Of a stretch of 51,344 nt of DNA, positions 1 through 14,677 are shown in pieces. Position 1 is the first letter of the stretch; each line of letters begins with the position of its first letter. The position numbers and the translations under genes were made by a program. The DNA comes from Vicugna vicugna (taxonomy: Eukaryota): NCBI GenBank assembly GCA_013265495.1, contig MU058213.1, forward strand, positions 5,170,854-5,222,197. Direction: 5' to 3'. The notes under the pieces are model-generated. The model was not told the DNA's origin. It worked only from the letters and a program-made list of their open reading frames with translations, and ran no database searches.

Positions 1-680
1 TCCTCTTGCCTGCTAGCCTGAAGTCCATTTGGTCATCCTCACCCAATCACATCCTGTCAAATGCATCCCCCAAAGAGCTCTCATATCTAACTTCTCTCCC
101 TCCTCTCTGTCACTGTTTTGGTTCAAGTGCCCTTCGCCACTCACCTTGACTTTGTCATAGCCTCCACCTGCTCTCCATGCCTCCGGTCTCATCCCATTCC
201 TCCATCCTGCCATCAGAAATCCTATCCTTCAAAGGCTACACAATCCCTTGAAGAATCACGTCTAAATTCTGAGCACGAGTTACTACCCTTTCGGACCCAG
301 ACACTGCTAGGACCTGCAGCCTCAGGCAAACCGCATCTCATAGCCCTATATTCCAGCCACACCAAACCACTGGCCATTGCCCAGGTATGACATTTCCTCT
401 CTCAGCCTCTGTGCTTTTAGTATGTGGGAGACAGGGAAGATGTCCCTCTCTTCCTTACCCAGAGAACATCTATGCAAGGTCCAGCTCATGAATTGTCCTC
501 TATATTCTGACTGCACTGTATTTGAATTACTCAATGGTGTTGCAGTTATTTAATACCTGTCATTCTCCCTCAGGGTTTCTTAGCTGTGGGAACTCTGTGT
601 TAATCTCTAGAACTAAAATCCCTAGTCTTGGGCCTGGAACATAGAAGGCACTTGAGAGATGCCTGAAAGGATGAATGAAC
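1..680 (+). mobile_element. LINE-2 3' fragment
   Basis: Pyrimidine-rich body ending gcctggaacatagaaggcact...gaaaggatgaatgaa, the L2 3' terminus pattern. Confidence 0.65.
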
Positions 681-1639
681 CACTAAGCTTGAGACTGGGC
701 TTGCAGGCGAGATGGCTCCTCCCTCTTCTCTTTGCTCAGTTGACTGGCTGTGTTCCCCTACAAACTCAGTTCTGAGTTTCTCAACAACTGTAGAGATTGT
801 AGTCAAGCCTCACAACATGATATGGCCACTTCTGATTATTCCTGCGTTGGGGAAGCGGGTGGTATGTAAAATATCTTAAAGCAAGTAAGCTAAAAAAAAT
901 GCTTTTTAATTTGAAGTTTTAGTTCAAGCAAACACTTTTACTACACTCTGAAGAGCCTTAGAAAGATTCTGGTTCAGCACAAGGTTTGAACAAAACCTCT
1001 GCCAGCAAATTAATACAGGGAAATGAACCCCCACACCTCTCTCATTTGCTCTTCTCACTGGCTGAACAGAAAGAACTGGAAAGCCATTGACACCATCATA
1101 TTATCCAAAGAAGCAAGATTCAGAGCTACACTTTCCATCAAAAGAGAAAAATATAAACAAGATGCAAGATGAGCCATGTTTCTGTTATTTTTTCATGAAA
1201 ACCTATTCCAGTTCAGTGGGTTAACAACCGCTATTTTGGAGATACACTGTATTAGGTTTAAACACCCAAAGCCAAAATGTCATAGACATTTTAATTAGTT
1301 TAGTTGACTTAATATTATTAACTCATATATACATTCTGTTCTGAATTTTCCCCATCAACCAGCATATCTAATAACCTAAAAGTAGAAATAGATTTCACTT
1401 TTAATTTTTGCTAGTTTGATTGCAAATAAGAAATCGTGTGTGGCTAAAAACAACAGCAACAACTTTAGCCAAATTTAAATGAATGATGTCCACAGAAAGC
1501 CTCTCCTTAGAAACACTTCTTGGGCTTAGCAAGAGTTCTAGATGAAATCAATTTATTTTCTAGGAAGTTGCTGTACTGGGAACAGTAATGTGGTTCAGTG
1601 CTTCACAAACGCTAACCCAAGGGTTAGTGTAGGCAGGTG

Positions 1640-1800
1640 GCATATGGAGCTCGAATGGAGCTCTTCAAAAGGGCTGTTCTCAGATCCCCTCAGAGACATG
1701 CTTATCTGGTGTGTCTGAGTTGGGGGTCGGGGGGAGCCTGGAAACCTATTTGCAGAGCCCCAACTAATTTTGATGCGAAGCTGGGCTTGGGATCCACTCC
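1640..1800. mobile_element. MER5-like hAT DNA transposon relic
   Basis: ctcagatcccctcagaga...gtctgagttgggg...gagcctggaaacctatttgc...ccccaactaattttgatgc. Confidence 0.5.
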
Positions 1801-4800
1801 CATCCCCGCCTTTACCCAGTGGCAGCTCTGTCCAGGGACCTAAAATGTGTGTGGCAGTGCCCTGCAAGCTGGTGTTCTATAGTGAGAGCCACAGGCTAAA
1901 AGAAAATGTGTTTGCCACTCAGAGAGCCAGAGTTCGGTGTTCCTGGGCAGTCAACAGCCCCTTCATCTGTAAGCGATTTGTCACAGATTATTCCGGAGTT
2001 ATTCTATTGTGCAAGAGAAGGGGAATGGCCTAAGTAAAACCACTCCTCAGCAGCCTCTGCTCTCACGAGTTCTGAAGTATTTCTCAGATCAGGGTGGGAA
2101 GGACCCAGTCTTTCAAGCTAGACTGTCCTCTTCATCTGGTAGAGGCCTGGTCTGTGCATCGAAAGGCAAGGGCCTTTTTCATGAGGTCAGCAGGAACTGG
2201 ATACCTCAGCCTGTTGTCCAAGCTGTAGATCAGAGGCCTGACTGAGGGATAAACGTTCTGGGGAAGCCCCTTCAGAGTGATTGGGGCTGTAGCCCCCTTA
2301 GAACACCCAGTAAAGGCCAGACTCGTTCATTCTGAAAGTTGGGTCAGGCAGAAACACAGTGAGTTATTGGAAGATGACTCATGTCCAAGGCAGCAGGTGA
2401 TCACTGGACATCAAACCATTTCCTCTAATATGAACTAGATATGTATAACAGACTTAAAAGAAAATTTTAAGTATTTAAATTATTTTGCCTACAAAAATGG
2501 GAAAAAATACTTTAAAAAAATCACTCCAGCTGATTGTACTATTTCCATCTAGGCAAAGAAAGCAATTTAAGTTTGGAAAAAGTAGCTGAAATCTTTTTAT
2601 TTTAGTAAAAAATTGGAATGAATAAAGATTTGTATTTCTTAGTTTGCTTTTTCTTAGTGCCTCTATTTCTCATTCTAAAATGAATTTCCCCAAAGGAAAG
2701 ACAATTAACTAGGCAACAGCAGACAAAACTAGTGCTACTGAGAGAGAGAGAGAACCAAGAAGCGTTGAGTCCAAGCGTGCAGATTACCACTGGAAGCAGA
2801 GGTCATTTCAAAACCTCAACACGTTTTAAATGTTTTGCCCTTAACCCAGATACTTATTATCTCTAAGACTGTGTAGAGATGAATCCCAGAATCCACTATC
2901 AAGGCCCTTATCCAATCCTGTGTTCACAGATGAGACACCAAAAGCCCAGATCAACTGTGCCCCATCTCAGGCCGCACAGACGTGAGCGGCTCTGAAAACT
3001 GGGATCGTGAGAACACACCCAGGACACAGCCCTTCCTTTTTCAACCATGAACTGTCAACCCTGGAACGAGGGATTAAGACCCTTGACCAAAGGCAACAGT
3101 CGTGCTGCTAATATCTGTTTCCTTAATTCCCGACAATTGACCCTGTCATTGCACATTCCTGTTTACAGGATCTGCAGGTCCTCCCCCTTCTCAAAAAGTC
3201 AGCAATGTTAAAAAGAGCCCTTTCCCGGTACTATGTTCATGTATCTGAAGGACCAGCACATGCTCCACCTTTCTCTTTGGGAGATGTCAAGAAGGGTGCC
3301 TATGAGGATGCACTCCCTCTGACTAGCCACCACCTTGTGCTCACCTGGTCCCGCAGATCAGACCAGTTCCTCTGCAGCAGAGAACAGCTCATGGCTCTAC
3401 TGCTTCGCTCTGAGGAGACCCAGGGACTCTGGCAAAGAGCGGCTGCAACAAAGTGTATGCAGGCAATGTCTCGCATTTCTTCCTCCCTCCCTCCCCTCTT
3501 TCTTTCTTATAATTTACCCCAGTCCAGAAATCTGACACCTAGGGTGTATTGAATGGGTCCCACACCACATGTTAGGAGCAGGAGGCTTCCCTCACATTCC
3601 TCTTTACTTCACCCCATCTCGGGTATATTTGTACGTTGTCTGCCTACCACCAACAGCAGACCTTGCCATCTGAGTTTCTTTTCACTTTCAGTGTCTTTCA
3701 CTGCTAATTTGGTAAGCATTCTGCTAACAGTGTACTTCCTATTTCCTTAAGGAAATAGGAGACTTATAAGCACATTTCCCCTCAAAGCTATTGGTATATC
3801 ATCTTTCCTTTTCTTTCTGAGCAATTTATCTGTGATCATTGCTGTGGTGGACAGATACTATCTTTGTATCAGGGTCCCAGCCATGACAACAATGTATGAG
3901 TTCTTCATCAACCCTAAAGAGAAGTCCCGTCATGAACAAGCTCCTAAAAGATTTAACCTTGTTGATGGCACTCACTGGTCATTATTACAAACTTATCCGA
4001 GTTATTTCCTATGATGGAGATTTTTTAAAAAATCTTTTGGCATACACACAGAGATGTTCACTGACATCCCCTGGCTTCATCCACAAGCTCTGAAGTTAGG
4101 GGAGGGATGATGGAAGTAAGCCTGTGTATTGAGGAGTGTGCTCAAAAATTGCTACAGACACTCACACACTGGGAAAGAAAAATATGCCACTAACACTCTC
4201 CTGGCTGCATGTAAAAGATGGTAGGTCCGTACCAAAATAACAAGAATGCTCAGATGCTTCTGTGAGAACTCCATCACCCAGAGTGGTCCAGGAGCCAGTG
4301 GGAGTCTGAAAGCTGGCTAGACGGAGGAGCCCACGCTCCATCCATCACCTTCAAAGCAGCAGCCTGGGTGGGACTGCTTCCCGGGTGGGCTCTGCCACAG
4401 GCGTTCCATTTGCATTTCTTTGTTGCACTGTTTGCATTTCGCACTTTACCACCTGTCAGTGCCCAAAGGTAGAAGTTCATTAAAATATCCTCTGGGCTGC
4501 ACAATCCTGCTGCTCACGAGATAGAGTTTCCTTTTCCCACAGGAATCCTCCAGGCCCAGGTTTTACTTCAGGGAAGTCCAAGGCAGCCCTTTTTCTTCAA
4601 GACAAAGGAATTTGGTGCTCAGAAACTTCTCCTTTTGTTTTTCGAGCCCCATCCTCTTCTCATTTATATCAACAGTTCACGCCTCCTTGGACACCCCTAT
4701 CCCACTTAAATAAGCCTGCCTTGATTAACTTTGTGAGTTAGAGAGAGTTAAGCACTTGGCTCTAATCACATCAAAGTCTAGGTGGACAGTGGGTCTGACC

Positions 4801-5429
4801 GGATGCAGTGAAACCAACCAGCACGTATCTGCAGACACACACCCCGCTTTTGGGAGCTGAGCGTCTTCGTTCCCAGAGGCATCTTTCTGAAGGTGATGAG
4901 CAATGACTCCCACGGAAAGGACTATTTCTCTTTAATATTTCAGTGTCATCTCCAGCTACTTCTGGACCTATCGACTGTCTGTAGCCCATGAAAGGGGGCC
5001 CCTCACATGGTTCACAGAACGTTTGGATGAGTTTTTGACTTTCCTTAAAAGGTTGCTTGGCTGTTTATCCACTTATTTGCACCCAAAACTAAGATAAAAG
5101 TATAAGAATTAGAAATTATGATCACTGTTTCCCAATGATACTACTGACCTTTAATAAATCTTGAATGAAAACATTTTTTATAGAACGGATAACTACATTT
5201 TCTTAAATAGACATCAGTACTCACATCCTGCAAATATTTGAAAATGGTTCTGTTAGGAAATATCTACACAAATGTATGTTCTCACAGAGGATGTTTTACC
5301 GCATCTCTCTCCCAACTTTGTAAAAACAACAAAAACACTATTCCAAATACTTTTCATTGCTTATTTTTTAAAAGTTAGTTTTAAAGTTGTCATTTAACTC
5401 AGTAAAATGTTAAATCCTCTCCAAAACTC

Positions 5430-5550
5430 CTTGGCAAACTACTTAAACTCTGAGTCTCCGTTCCCCACTCTGTAATTTGGGGATAATAACAATACCTGCC
5501 TCCCCGAATCTTAGGGACCAAATGAGATAGTAGGTGAAAGTGCTTTGAAA
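5430..5550 (+). mobile_element. MIR SINE
   Basis: MIR core: ttggcaaactacttaaactctgagtctccgttcccc..ctgtaatttggggataataac. Confidence 0.7.
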
Positions 5551-5989
5551 TACAAAAGTTAATTTTTAGTAACTTATTTCCCTGGAGCACTGACTGGGAA
5601 CAAGAGAATCATCGTAACCAAGATGCATTTTGCCTCTGCCCTCGAGCAAAATATTCACGTCAAGAGTTAGGCTTTTACTGGAGCTGCACTTTTCCTAAGG
5701 AAGCCTGGTGAGACATGTGTAAAGAAAAGGACATCAACATTTTACAGGCACAGGAATGAAGCCGAGCCTGAGTGTCTTCATGCCTTGGGGAATCTGATTT
5801 TGTATTAATAGAGCACTAAGTCTTGGGAGCCAGAATCCGAACTGGGAATGTAACGCTTACTGCATCACTTGGATGAGCCGTTGAATCTCTGGTCTTCATT
5901 CCCTTCTCTGCAGAACAGCATTGGGCTACATGTGGACCTTCGCAGCCCCCACATGGGATGATTTTTGCTGCCCCATTGCAGGAAGGACG

Positions 5990-6220
5990 GTAATGACAGT
6001 AAGAGCTACATTACTGAGCTCTTTCTACATGCCAGGCACCAAGCTGTGCACAGGTATTGTCTCACCTACCCATACAACAGCCCCTGGCACAACTGCGATG
6101 ATGTTTATATCAAGAAAAGAGGAAACTAAGGCAGGAGAGGTTAGATGACTTGGCTAACCTCAGGCAGAGTTAAGTGGTGGAGCCCAGTTTCGCACAATGC
6201 AGTCTAGGTTCAGAGATAAA
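5990..6220 (-). mobile_element. MIR SINE
   Basis: gaggaaactaaggcaggagaggttagatgacttggc is the reverse MIR core. Confidence 0.7.
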
Positions 6221-6329
6221 TTCTTATATACGTTAAATTTTCATTCACTTAACGTACCCATTTAAACTAATCTATAAACACATTCTTAGAAGAAATGAAA
6301 ACTTTCCTAGTAGAGTCAAAGGGCCGTTT

Positions 6330-6875
6330 GACAATTCCTCCATACTGACCCATGTTGGGCCGCTCCCTGGAGGCAACCACTGATAAACATTTGGTGTGAC
6401 TCTTTCTCAGTCCTTTCCTAGATATTAATAAGAATACATGTGCACTATAGACATATATAGTATGCTTGTGTGTGGTTTAACCTACATGGTATCATGCTTT
6501 ATGTATTGTTCTGCTATACTGTTTCTTCACCTAATATTATATTTAAAAACATACTGTTTTGCCTCTTCCTGGCATGCAGTCAGTAAGTGTATTTATTTTA
6601 CGGTAGAGCTACATAAAAATATATTTAACCAATTTTGATGGCATCTCATCATTGTGAATCTGCAGTGCTGTGATTACCGTAAGAATGAGAATCTTTTCAT
6701 ATGCTAACTGAACTTACCTTTGTGGGCTTTTTTTTTTTCTATTATTCTATTGAAGAATAGGTTTATTCTGTTCTCTTGTCTTTTTCTTATTGATTTCCTG
6801 GAGCTCTTTACATATTCTGGATACTGATAATTTGTCTGTTACATATATTGAAAATATTTTCTAGTTTGTTGGGTG
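6330..6875 (-). mobile_element. Ancient L1ME-like fragment
   Basis: aggcaaccactgataaacatttggtgtg and ttcttattgattt...gagctctttacatattctggatact resemble reverse L1ME sequence. Confidence 0.6.
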
Positions 6876-8059
6876 CATACTTTGAATCTTCATAGCACTA
6901 CAAACTATATGTTACTCTCTCTGTGGTTTTATAGGAGAGGAACATGAGATGCAGAGAATAAGCATCTTGCCTCAAGTCACATATAAATTGCAGAGCCAGA
7001 ATTTGAAGCCTACCTGTCTGATTCCAGACTCAGTTTTACTACCACTCTTGACTTTGTCTATTCTAACAGTCTCACTTGGTCAAATGCAAGGATTCTTATC
7101 ATAGACAATGAATATAAACTCTTTAATCCAACTAGTGAGTTCTCACCCATTTTCCACTAATGTCCTTTGGTATGACAATGTGCAAGCAGGTCCAGGAAGT
7201 ATAAATCAAACCACAAGCATCTGGAAGGCAAGAGCCAAGTCTTGTTCATGGTACTACACCAGGGACCCTATTGCAACGTCTGGCATGAGATTGTGCTGGG
7301 ACTCCATGAGGTGAAAGGTTCTGTCTCTAGCGGCAGAGTTCTACTTGCCTAGTGTTGCGCCCATGGAAGGATTTATGTTCTTCAGTATCCATGGGAATGT
7401 CTTTCAACCAGAGCACTACTATCCTGGACCCAGGGCTGAGAGCGTGTGACTAGATCTTGCCCTGTAATAGGTTCCCTCCTCCTGACCATTCACTGCTCCT
7501 CCTGGATTCCAGCAGAGCAGCTTTCAGTCCACTTGCCAGCCTGGTCACTAGACGAGCCTTGGTCAAAATCAGGCTCTTAAGATCACAGAACACAAGAGAA
7601 GTGAACCTTGAAACCGCATTTATCTTCAAGAGCCCCTCTTCCAGAACATGCCCCATCCACCTCCTTGCAAGGTCTGTTTAGAATTTCAGAGAAGAGGGTG
7701 CAGTCATCACTTCCATTTGTTGCCATCAATTTGTGGTCCCCTTCCCCTCCCTTTCTGAATTGGTCTTCAAGGCCCTGGCAGCACCTCACTATTTGGCTTA
7801 TGCACACTTAGGATCTATCTCTGCTGGACAGATATTTTCCCCTTGAAGTTGATGCCATGTGTTTTGTGTTTTCTTTTGTTGCTTATACGTGCTTCTTTTT
7901 TCCCTAGAAGTTACTGTCCTGAAGGGAGTCAGTGTGAGGTTAAGAGTCTGGGCTTTGGATATGCCTCTGAAATCTCCTAGCTATGTGCCACTGGGCAAGT
8001 AAAAAATTCCTGATATATATAGTTGGCTACACGATACCCAAAATTCATCCCTCTAAAAT

Positions 8060-8350
8060 CTTTTTGGGAGCCGAGAGGTATTTAAAGAACTCAAATGTCA
8101 CCGTCTCGACAAAATGTTCCCCCAAACTCACCCTATCTCCTGCTCAAACCAAAATTCATTACTTCCTTCACCTTCCCATTGCAAATTCTCTTTTTCCTAG
8201 TACAGTACTTATGACATGATAGTGCTTTATTTCTCTGCCTCTTACATTAGGCTGTGAGCTTCAGATGACCAACACTTCTCACTCCCTAGGTCTTCCTAGC
8301 ACCTAGAATATGCCTGACACCAAGCCTAAGGCAATCATTCTGCTGAAAGA
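8060..8350 (+). mobile_element. LINE-2 fragments
   Basis: ttaggctgtgagcttc...tcctagcacctagaatatgcctgacac resembles the L2 3' end. Confidence 0.55.
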
Positions 8351-10124
8351 CAGAAGGAAAGGGGAAGTCAAGGCAAGTGGGGATGGGCTCTGGGGAGAGG
8401 AAGCACATGTCAGTGAGCAGAAAGTGGAAACAGTAACAAATGGATGAGCTGGGTTGGAGGAGGAGATGAGTTGGGGGATGTGGTGATGGAGATGTGTGGC
8501 TGGATACAGGCTGGGGCTTGGGGTCCCATCACCTCTCCTGATGCTCCACCCCAAGGCCAGGAAGAAGATCGGACTCTAGTTCACACACAGCTGCTCCTGA
8601 GTTCCTCTCAAGGCTCACTGCTATCAGTGAAACAGGACTCACGGACCTCCCTCCCAGGGTAATGGTGAAACTGAAGTGGAACAATTCGATGTGAAGAAAC
8701 CGCACAGACGAGAGGCTCCAGCGTGTGCAGAGGAGGAAGCTGGCCCCGCGGGTGTGGAGTCAGCACACAGCTGGGACCAGAACCCAGGTGCCTGGACTGC
8801 TGGTCAAGGGCCCTCCCAACACATGGGGCTGCCCCGTGGGAGCTCTAGAGCGAGGAGTGCTGGATTTTAAGTGACGCCAAGGAACTGTTTGTGTGCTTGC
8901 ACACAAAGCCCATACTCAGGGCCAGCTCCAGGGCGCGCCAATTGGATGCTGAGAAACAGGAAACAACCAAGCTATGAAGTAAACTGATTCAAGTGTTGAA
9001 AAGATAATTTGTCCAGAAACAGATCCCTGGTGAAGCTTCACTGTGTTATTTATTAGCTAAGGGCAGGAGCATGTGGAAATGAAAGGTTGCTAGAACCATG
9101 ACTGGAGATCCTTGAGGCCATTACTGACTCAAGCATCAGGAACGAACGCTCTTTACTCTCTAGAATATCCAGCTCCTTTTCTGGGAAGATTTTTTTCAGA
9201 TATGGAATCAGTCCGCTTTGGGAAACAATACCTGCATTTAAATTTTTGATACCACCAAAGACAGAGAGAGGAGGGAAGGAGGCCTACCCACGGCGGAGCT
9301 TGTATCTTCTCAGGGGCCTGGAGAGATTCACTTTTTCACCTGGCCAGGCTTTCTTCTGAGGCAGCACCTGCTGGTCCCACAATCAGTCCTCCAGCAATCC
9401 TGAAACCCTGCCAGGTGTTTGGCTCTGAGAGCAGGAGACCCTTCCTGGCACAGTTTCATGCTGGTGGCAGAAGTCAGCCCTCCCGGCTGAGGGAGGACAC
9501 ACCACAGCCCTTCAGTCCTGGACGGCGGTGGCCTTCAGCAAGGCAATGACAACAGCAAGCAGAGGCCTAACAACATGCCGACCACAGAACCAAGAGCCCC
9601 GATACCAGCACTGCTGTCAGTTCCCAAACGCTCCACGAGAAGGGATGTTTTGACGTCCCTAAGCTTTAGTTCCCTCATTGGCAGGACAGGGACACTCTAG
9701 AGCAGACACCCCAAATGCTTGCCTTCAAGCCAGCTGTACCACAATCACTTGGGCTATATGTAAAAAGCACTGATGACATATTTGGAAAGATACCAAGAAA
9801 CCAGTATCAGGTCTGCTTCTGGGAAGAGGGCTGGGGGGACAAGGGCAAGGCAGTGGAAGGAAGTCTTCCAATACACAATAACTTTTTTTTTTTTGAGTTC
9901 TGATCCTACAGCATTTAACTATTCAACAATAACTAAAATAATCCACTTTAAAATAAGATGAACCAAAAATATAGATTATAAGGCCCTACCTGAGTCCAGT
10001 TGCATCAAAATATCCAGAGAGGAAATTGGGCAGTGCTTTTAACTAATTCTCCAAAATGACTCTGAGGCCAAATTCAAGGACTCCTGTCCTCCAGGATGAC
10101 TCTTCTCTTCCCACGAAGGACCCT

Positions 10125-10240
10125 ATTTTACAGATAAAACTGAGTTCTGAGAAGGGTAGGGATGAGGCCAAGTCACACTGTTGCTTAGAACAGTAAGTAA
10201 AATCTGGGTTTCCAGTGCCCAGGTCTTCAAACATGCTGTC
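10125..10240 (-). mobile_element. MIR SINE
   Basis: cctattttacagataaaactgagttctgagaaggg...gccaagtcacac. Confidence 0.65.
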
Positions 10241-11289
10241 CCTTACCTTCACCCACTGTGGCCCCCAGCATCTCCTCCCCTCCATTCCACTTCTCTGCTC
10301 AAGAAAGACTTTTCTTGCCTCAGATCCCTTGCCCTTCAAACTCTGCTTCCTTCAAGCTAGTCTGGTAAACTGAGTGATGATGTGTTTAATGGGTACTAAT
10401 GGGCTAATGCACTCTATTAAAAGACACTCATGAATTCTTCTGGAAACATTTGCAATCAGTGACTGTGTTTCACTTCTGTAAAGTAATATGGGGGATTTAG
10501 TCTAACATTTTTTTCTAAAACTCTAACCCAGGAGGCAGGGGAGGGAAAAAAAAAAAAAACCACTGGACTTAATTCCCAAGACCTGGGTCGAAATGTTTAC
10601 TGAGTGGAAGTCATCTCTCTTTTTGGCTCATTTTCTACATCCCTAAAATGAGGGCATTAGACTGAATAATCTCAAAAGTCCCCCTTAATGCTTAAAATTC
10701 TATTATATAATCCCTGCCTAAATCTCTCTTCTCTGTTCAAATCTATATTTTCAAACATAGGCACTGGAAAATATAGCTGTCCTTTTGGAAAACAGTTCTC
10801 AGTAACTGCATATTCTGTAGCTCTGAGTGGAAGTAGCATGATGGATTTTGCCATTTCAGGATTAGGTGGGTGGCAAAGGGGACCCGTCAGAGGAAATTTG
10901 GTCTTGATCATGAGAAAGAAGAATAGCTTGGGATTTACTAAAAGAAACTGAAACCAAACAAAAGTTAAAGATGGAAAATAGCCTATTAGAACTGGAGAAG
11001 ACCCAGCACGGGACGCTGTGTGTCAGCATGGACATGGCTGATCTCTAGTGATTTCTACTCTTTCTGAGGGAGGAAAGCCAGGTAGATGTCTGGGAAAGGA
11101 TGGTCAAGAAGAGACGCTTTATTTTTCATTTTCTTGTAGGCCCCCCTGGACCAGCTGGGGTAAGGAGCCTTGATCTAAGGCTTCTCTCCTGCTAAAATGC
11201 AAGTATCCTAAGAGGCAATATTCTGTCTTATCAGCCACATACCCACCCAGAGTGTATACATTTATTAAATTTTTTTATGAGCAGGGTTT

Positions 11290-11770
11290 CTTGATTGTGG
11301 TAAAATATATATAACATAAAATGTATTATTTTAACCATTTTAAGCTGTATAGTTCTGTGGCAATTAATATATTCATAATTGTGCAACTAATGCCACCATC
11401 CATCTCTAGAACTTTTTCATCCTTTCCAGTTGAAACTCTGAACCCGTTAAACAATCCCCACCATTTCCTTCTCCTTCACCGCCAGCAACCACTATTCTAC
11501 TTTCCATCTCCATGGGCTTGACTATTCTGGCACCTGATGTAAGTGTAAACACATATTTATCCTTTTGCAACTGGCTTATTTCACTTAGCATCGTGTCTTT
11601 AAGGTTCATCCATGTTGCAGCGGGTGTCAGAAAGCTGTTCCTTTTTAAGACTGAGCAACACTCCACTGTAAGTGTATAGCACATTTTGTTTATCCATTCA
11701 TAGACCCTTCCGTCTTTATGTGAACAATGCTGCTGTGAACATGGGTGTACAAATATCTGTTCGAGTCCCT
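11290..11770 (-). mobile_element. L1MA/MB-type 3' end, 5'-truncated
   Basis: tggcttatttcacttagcat...aggttcatccatgttgca...gtgaacaatgctgctgtgaacatgggtgtacaaatatct is the reverse complement of an L1 3' region. ORF 11406..11684 contains the L1-like TWMNLKDTMLSEISQ. Confidence 0.88.
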
Positions 11771-13409
11771 GTTATGATAGGTTCTGGGAGAGCAGCAAGA
11801 CCGACTCTTCACTTCAGGGGTTTTACCAGCCTCCTCCTGGAAGGAGTCCCTCACCCTCACTGCTGTAGGTCTGCTCACACCCTAGCAGCCACCACAGCAG
11901 ATGAAGCCCCACTCACCCACCCGTGAGCCACCCCCCGAGCTGTCCAACACCCCGAGGCTCTCCTTCCCGACCAGGGAGGGCCTGGCACAGCACAGCTCCG
12001 TGCCTCTGAGGAACATTTTCCTCACAAGTGTGGACCTTCCTGCCTCCTCCGCTGAGGACACAGATTCGTGACTCAAACTCACGTTATAAGCTTATCTCCC
12101 AAAGTCTTAATGACATTCAAAATAGGAAAAAATTTAATTGAAGGGTATGGGAACCTCTCTCCTGGAGAAGGAATTTAAAGGTTACCAAAACATTTCTGAA
12201 CAATGTGTTGAATAGACAAGACGAAAATTGTGGTTGAGTTTCCTGAAGAGAATTCCTGACAAGCTTATTTATTACAAAGCCCTTGATATCGCTGAGGGTA
12301 AGTGGAAAAGAAAAAAAAAATAAAGACAAGTGGTGAGTGGGGAAAAAAAAAAAAGCCAAGTGTTTCCAATATGGATGTGGCTTTGTGTATTAATTTGTTA
12401 TCTTTGAGAAAGAAAAGAAAAAACAAAAAAACAGCCAGATCAAAATCCTGGGTCATCACATCCCAAGCCAAGCCCTTGGGATTGAGTTTCCAGGGTGGTT
12501 TTATTTTCCCTAGGTTTTTTAAGGTTATCAGTCCTTATTGTGGCCAAGCTTTGTAACCAGTTTGCAAGAATAACAGTTTCTTGTGGGAAGGAAACAGAAT
12601 AAACAGGCTGCACAAGAATGCGCCCTGGGCATTTTTCAGGTTTGTTTTCTGTGGTCCTTCAGGCTTAGCTGATTTGATGTAGGCCCCTGCTTGGGAGAGG
12701 GTTCCTGTTTCCAACATCTGGGCCAGAGCTCCTCTGATGGGGCCCCGAGCCTGCCGGGCATCATACTGTGTAGCTTCAGGGACAGGAGAAGCCTTTTCAG
12801 AATGATGCTGTTCCAGAGGTGTTACCGTCCCCTTTCTGAGGCTCTCAGCTGAGCTGCAGTTTAAATATTCAAACCAGACAAGTGGTTCCCTCCTGCCCCC
12901 AGGGGAGAAAAAAGCTACCATGTTTCCTGAGTTAAAGAACAATGATAACACCAGCAATAATAAAATATTCTATTATTTTCTATTATTATATGTTTAATAG
13001 AATAATAACCCCCTCACGGCTAATGTTTATTCAGCACGTGGAAAAACCCTCTTCTAAGTTAACGCTGGCCTCCCTCACCCACGTGCCCCTTCTTCCTACC
13101 TGTTCTTTTAAACAAATGGGAGCCAGGACAGCATCTTCTGTGTTAAGAAATGTCTAGATCTCAATGACTCAGCAAAACTGACTGGGCCCAGGCATGTGAT
13201 TTTTAATGGTCATTATCCTGCCAACGTCCCAGGATTGACCAAGTCTCCTGATTCCAACCCCACCATCTAAGGCCACTCTAATGCAGGCGTCCACCTGCCT
13301 GGCTTTCGCGTAGGAACCCAAAGCCATGATGTGCTAGACCACGGCCAAAGCAACGGGAGATTTACAGCTTCTTTGGGACTATAGCGCTAGTGAACACTGA
13401 CATTTATTC

Positions 13410-13640
13410 ATTTTCATTTGTTGCTACCATTTTTTTTGAGGTGTCACAACGGGAACTATTAAGCACTTTACACACATTTTTCTTGTTCCACTCTTAAGAC
13501 AACTGTGTGAGGTAGGTAATCTTATCACCCCATTTCCCAGGTGAGGAAACTGGGAGTTCAGAAGGCTAAATGATTTTCCAAGGGCACGTACCTAAGTGAG
13601 CAGTGGAACACTTTAGAATTCTGCTCCTTTGTCCACTGGA
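13410..13640 (-). mobile_element. MIR SINE
   Basis: gtgaggtaggtaatcttatcaccccatttcccaggtgaggaaactgg...ggctaaatgattttccaagggcac. Confidence 0.75.
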
Positions 13641-13735
13641 GAAGCTCTTTGTTACTAACAAGCTTCCCTTTCCAGAATTAGTGTGTCAATTCTGAATTTA
13701 AAAGACTAGACACGTGACAGATGGACAACTGTCTA

Positions 13736-13753
13736 CACACACACACACACACA
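13736..13753. repeat. (CA)n microsatellite
   Basis: Read directly from the sequence. Confidence 0.85.
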
Positions 13754-14132
13754 AACAAGCTCCTTGTCCCTAGCCCTTGCCTGACAAGCTCCCATCGCCA
13801 TCTCCCCTTGGCATTTCTTTTAGCACACACAATTAGGGGCTGGGAGTGGACATCGTTCTAGGCTCTGAGAGTGTTTGGGGCATTATACCGCCCTCTGGGC
13901 CACTAGAGAACATGAGCTAATTGTATTAACAAGTGGCATCTGGAATTTATTCAATTTTACATGAATCCTGTGTTGTTTATGAATGAACCCAACTTGGGAA
14001 ATGGAGACTGGGATCCCAGCTGTTTAACAGACTCTTCCCTTGGGTTTCCCAAGCTCTGGCAGACTCCAGAAACACTATGGGCTCATGTTCACCACTATCG
14101 GCAGCCCCGTGGAAGTCCTCAGAGTTCTTATT

Positions 14133-14205
14133 CTAGGTTACCAACCAAGAGGACCTGGGCAAAGGTCCTACATTAGCCTTCCATAAATTGGATGCATCTG
14201 CCTGG
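14133..14205 (+). repeat. Dispersed direct repeat, copy 1 (pairs with 16268-16339)
   Basis: Manual alignment: 61 of 73 positions identical. Confidence 0.85.
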
Positions 14206-14647
14206 AATCGGAAAAAGCGAGGTCTTCCCAGGGTCCTGCAATCCCCATGTTTGTATCCAGAAGGGGTATGGGTTAGAGGGGTCTCTATTCCTTGCAGCTC
14301 AGGAGTTGGTGAACTTTTTATCCTGCTCAGAATGTAAAATATGAAGCCAGCTGCACATTTCTGAAAAACATACTGGGGTCACTGGCAAAGCCCACTGGGG
14401 TCCCCGGGAAAAATAAGATGAAATCTAGGTGACAAGATAAAGTCTACCATTAATCTCTTGCTATCTGAAATTGTCTGGGCTGTCTCCAAGAGGTTAGACA
14501 AATGGGGGTCACGCAGGGCTACGAAGTCAGGGCTGGGGCCTGAGGAAAGTTAAACGCATCTAAAGGCAGCTGGGGAGAAGTCCTGCTCCTCCACCCGGGG
14601 TTGTGACGATTCCCAAACTGAGCAGGAAGCAGTTACAAAACACGGAC

Positions 14648-14677
14648 CAGCGCCCCTCAGCGCCCCTCAGCGCCCCT
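14648..14677. repeat. Perfect tandem repeat (CAGCGCCCCT)x3
   Basis: Read directly from the sequence. Confidence 0.95.

Noticed and set aside
14636..14656. REST/RE1-like site (cacggaccagcgcc)
   Set aside because: The left half (TTCAGCACC) is absent and the right half has an insertion.
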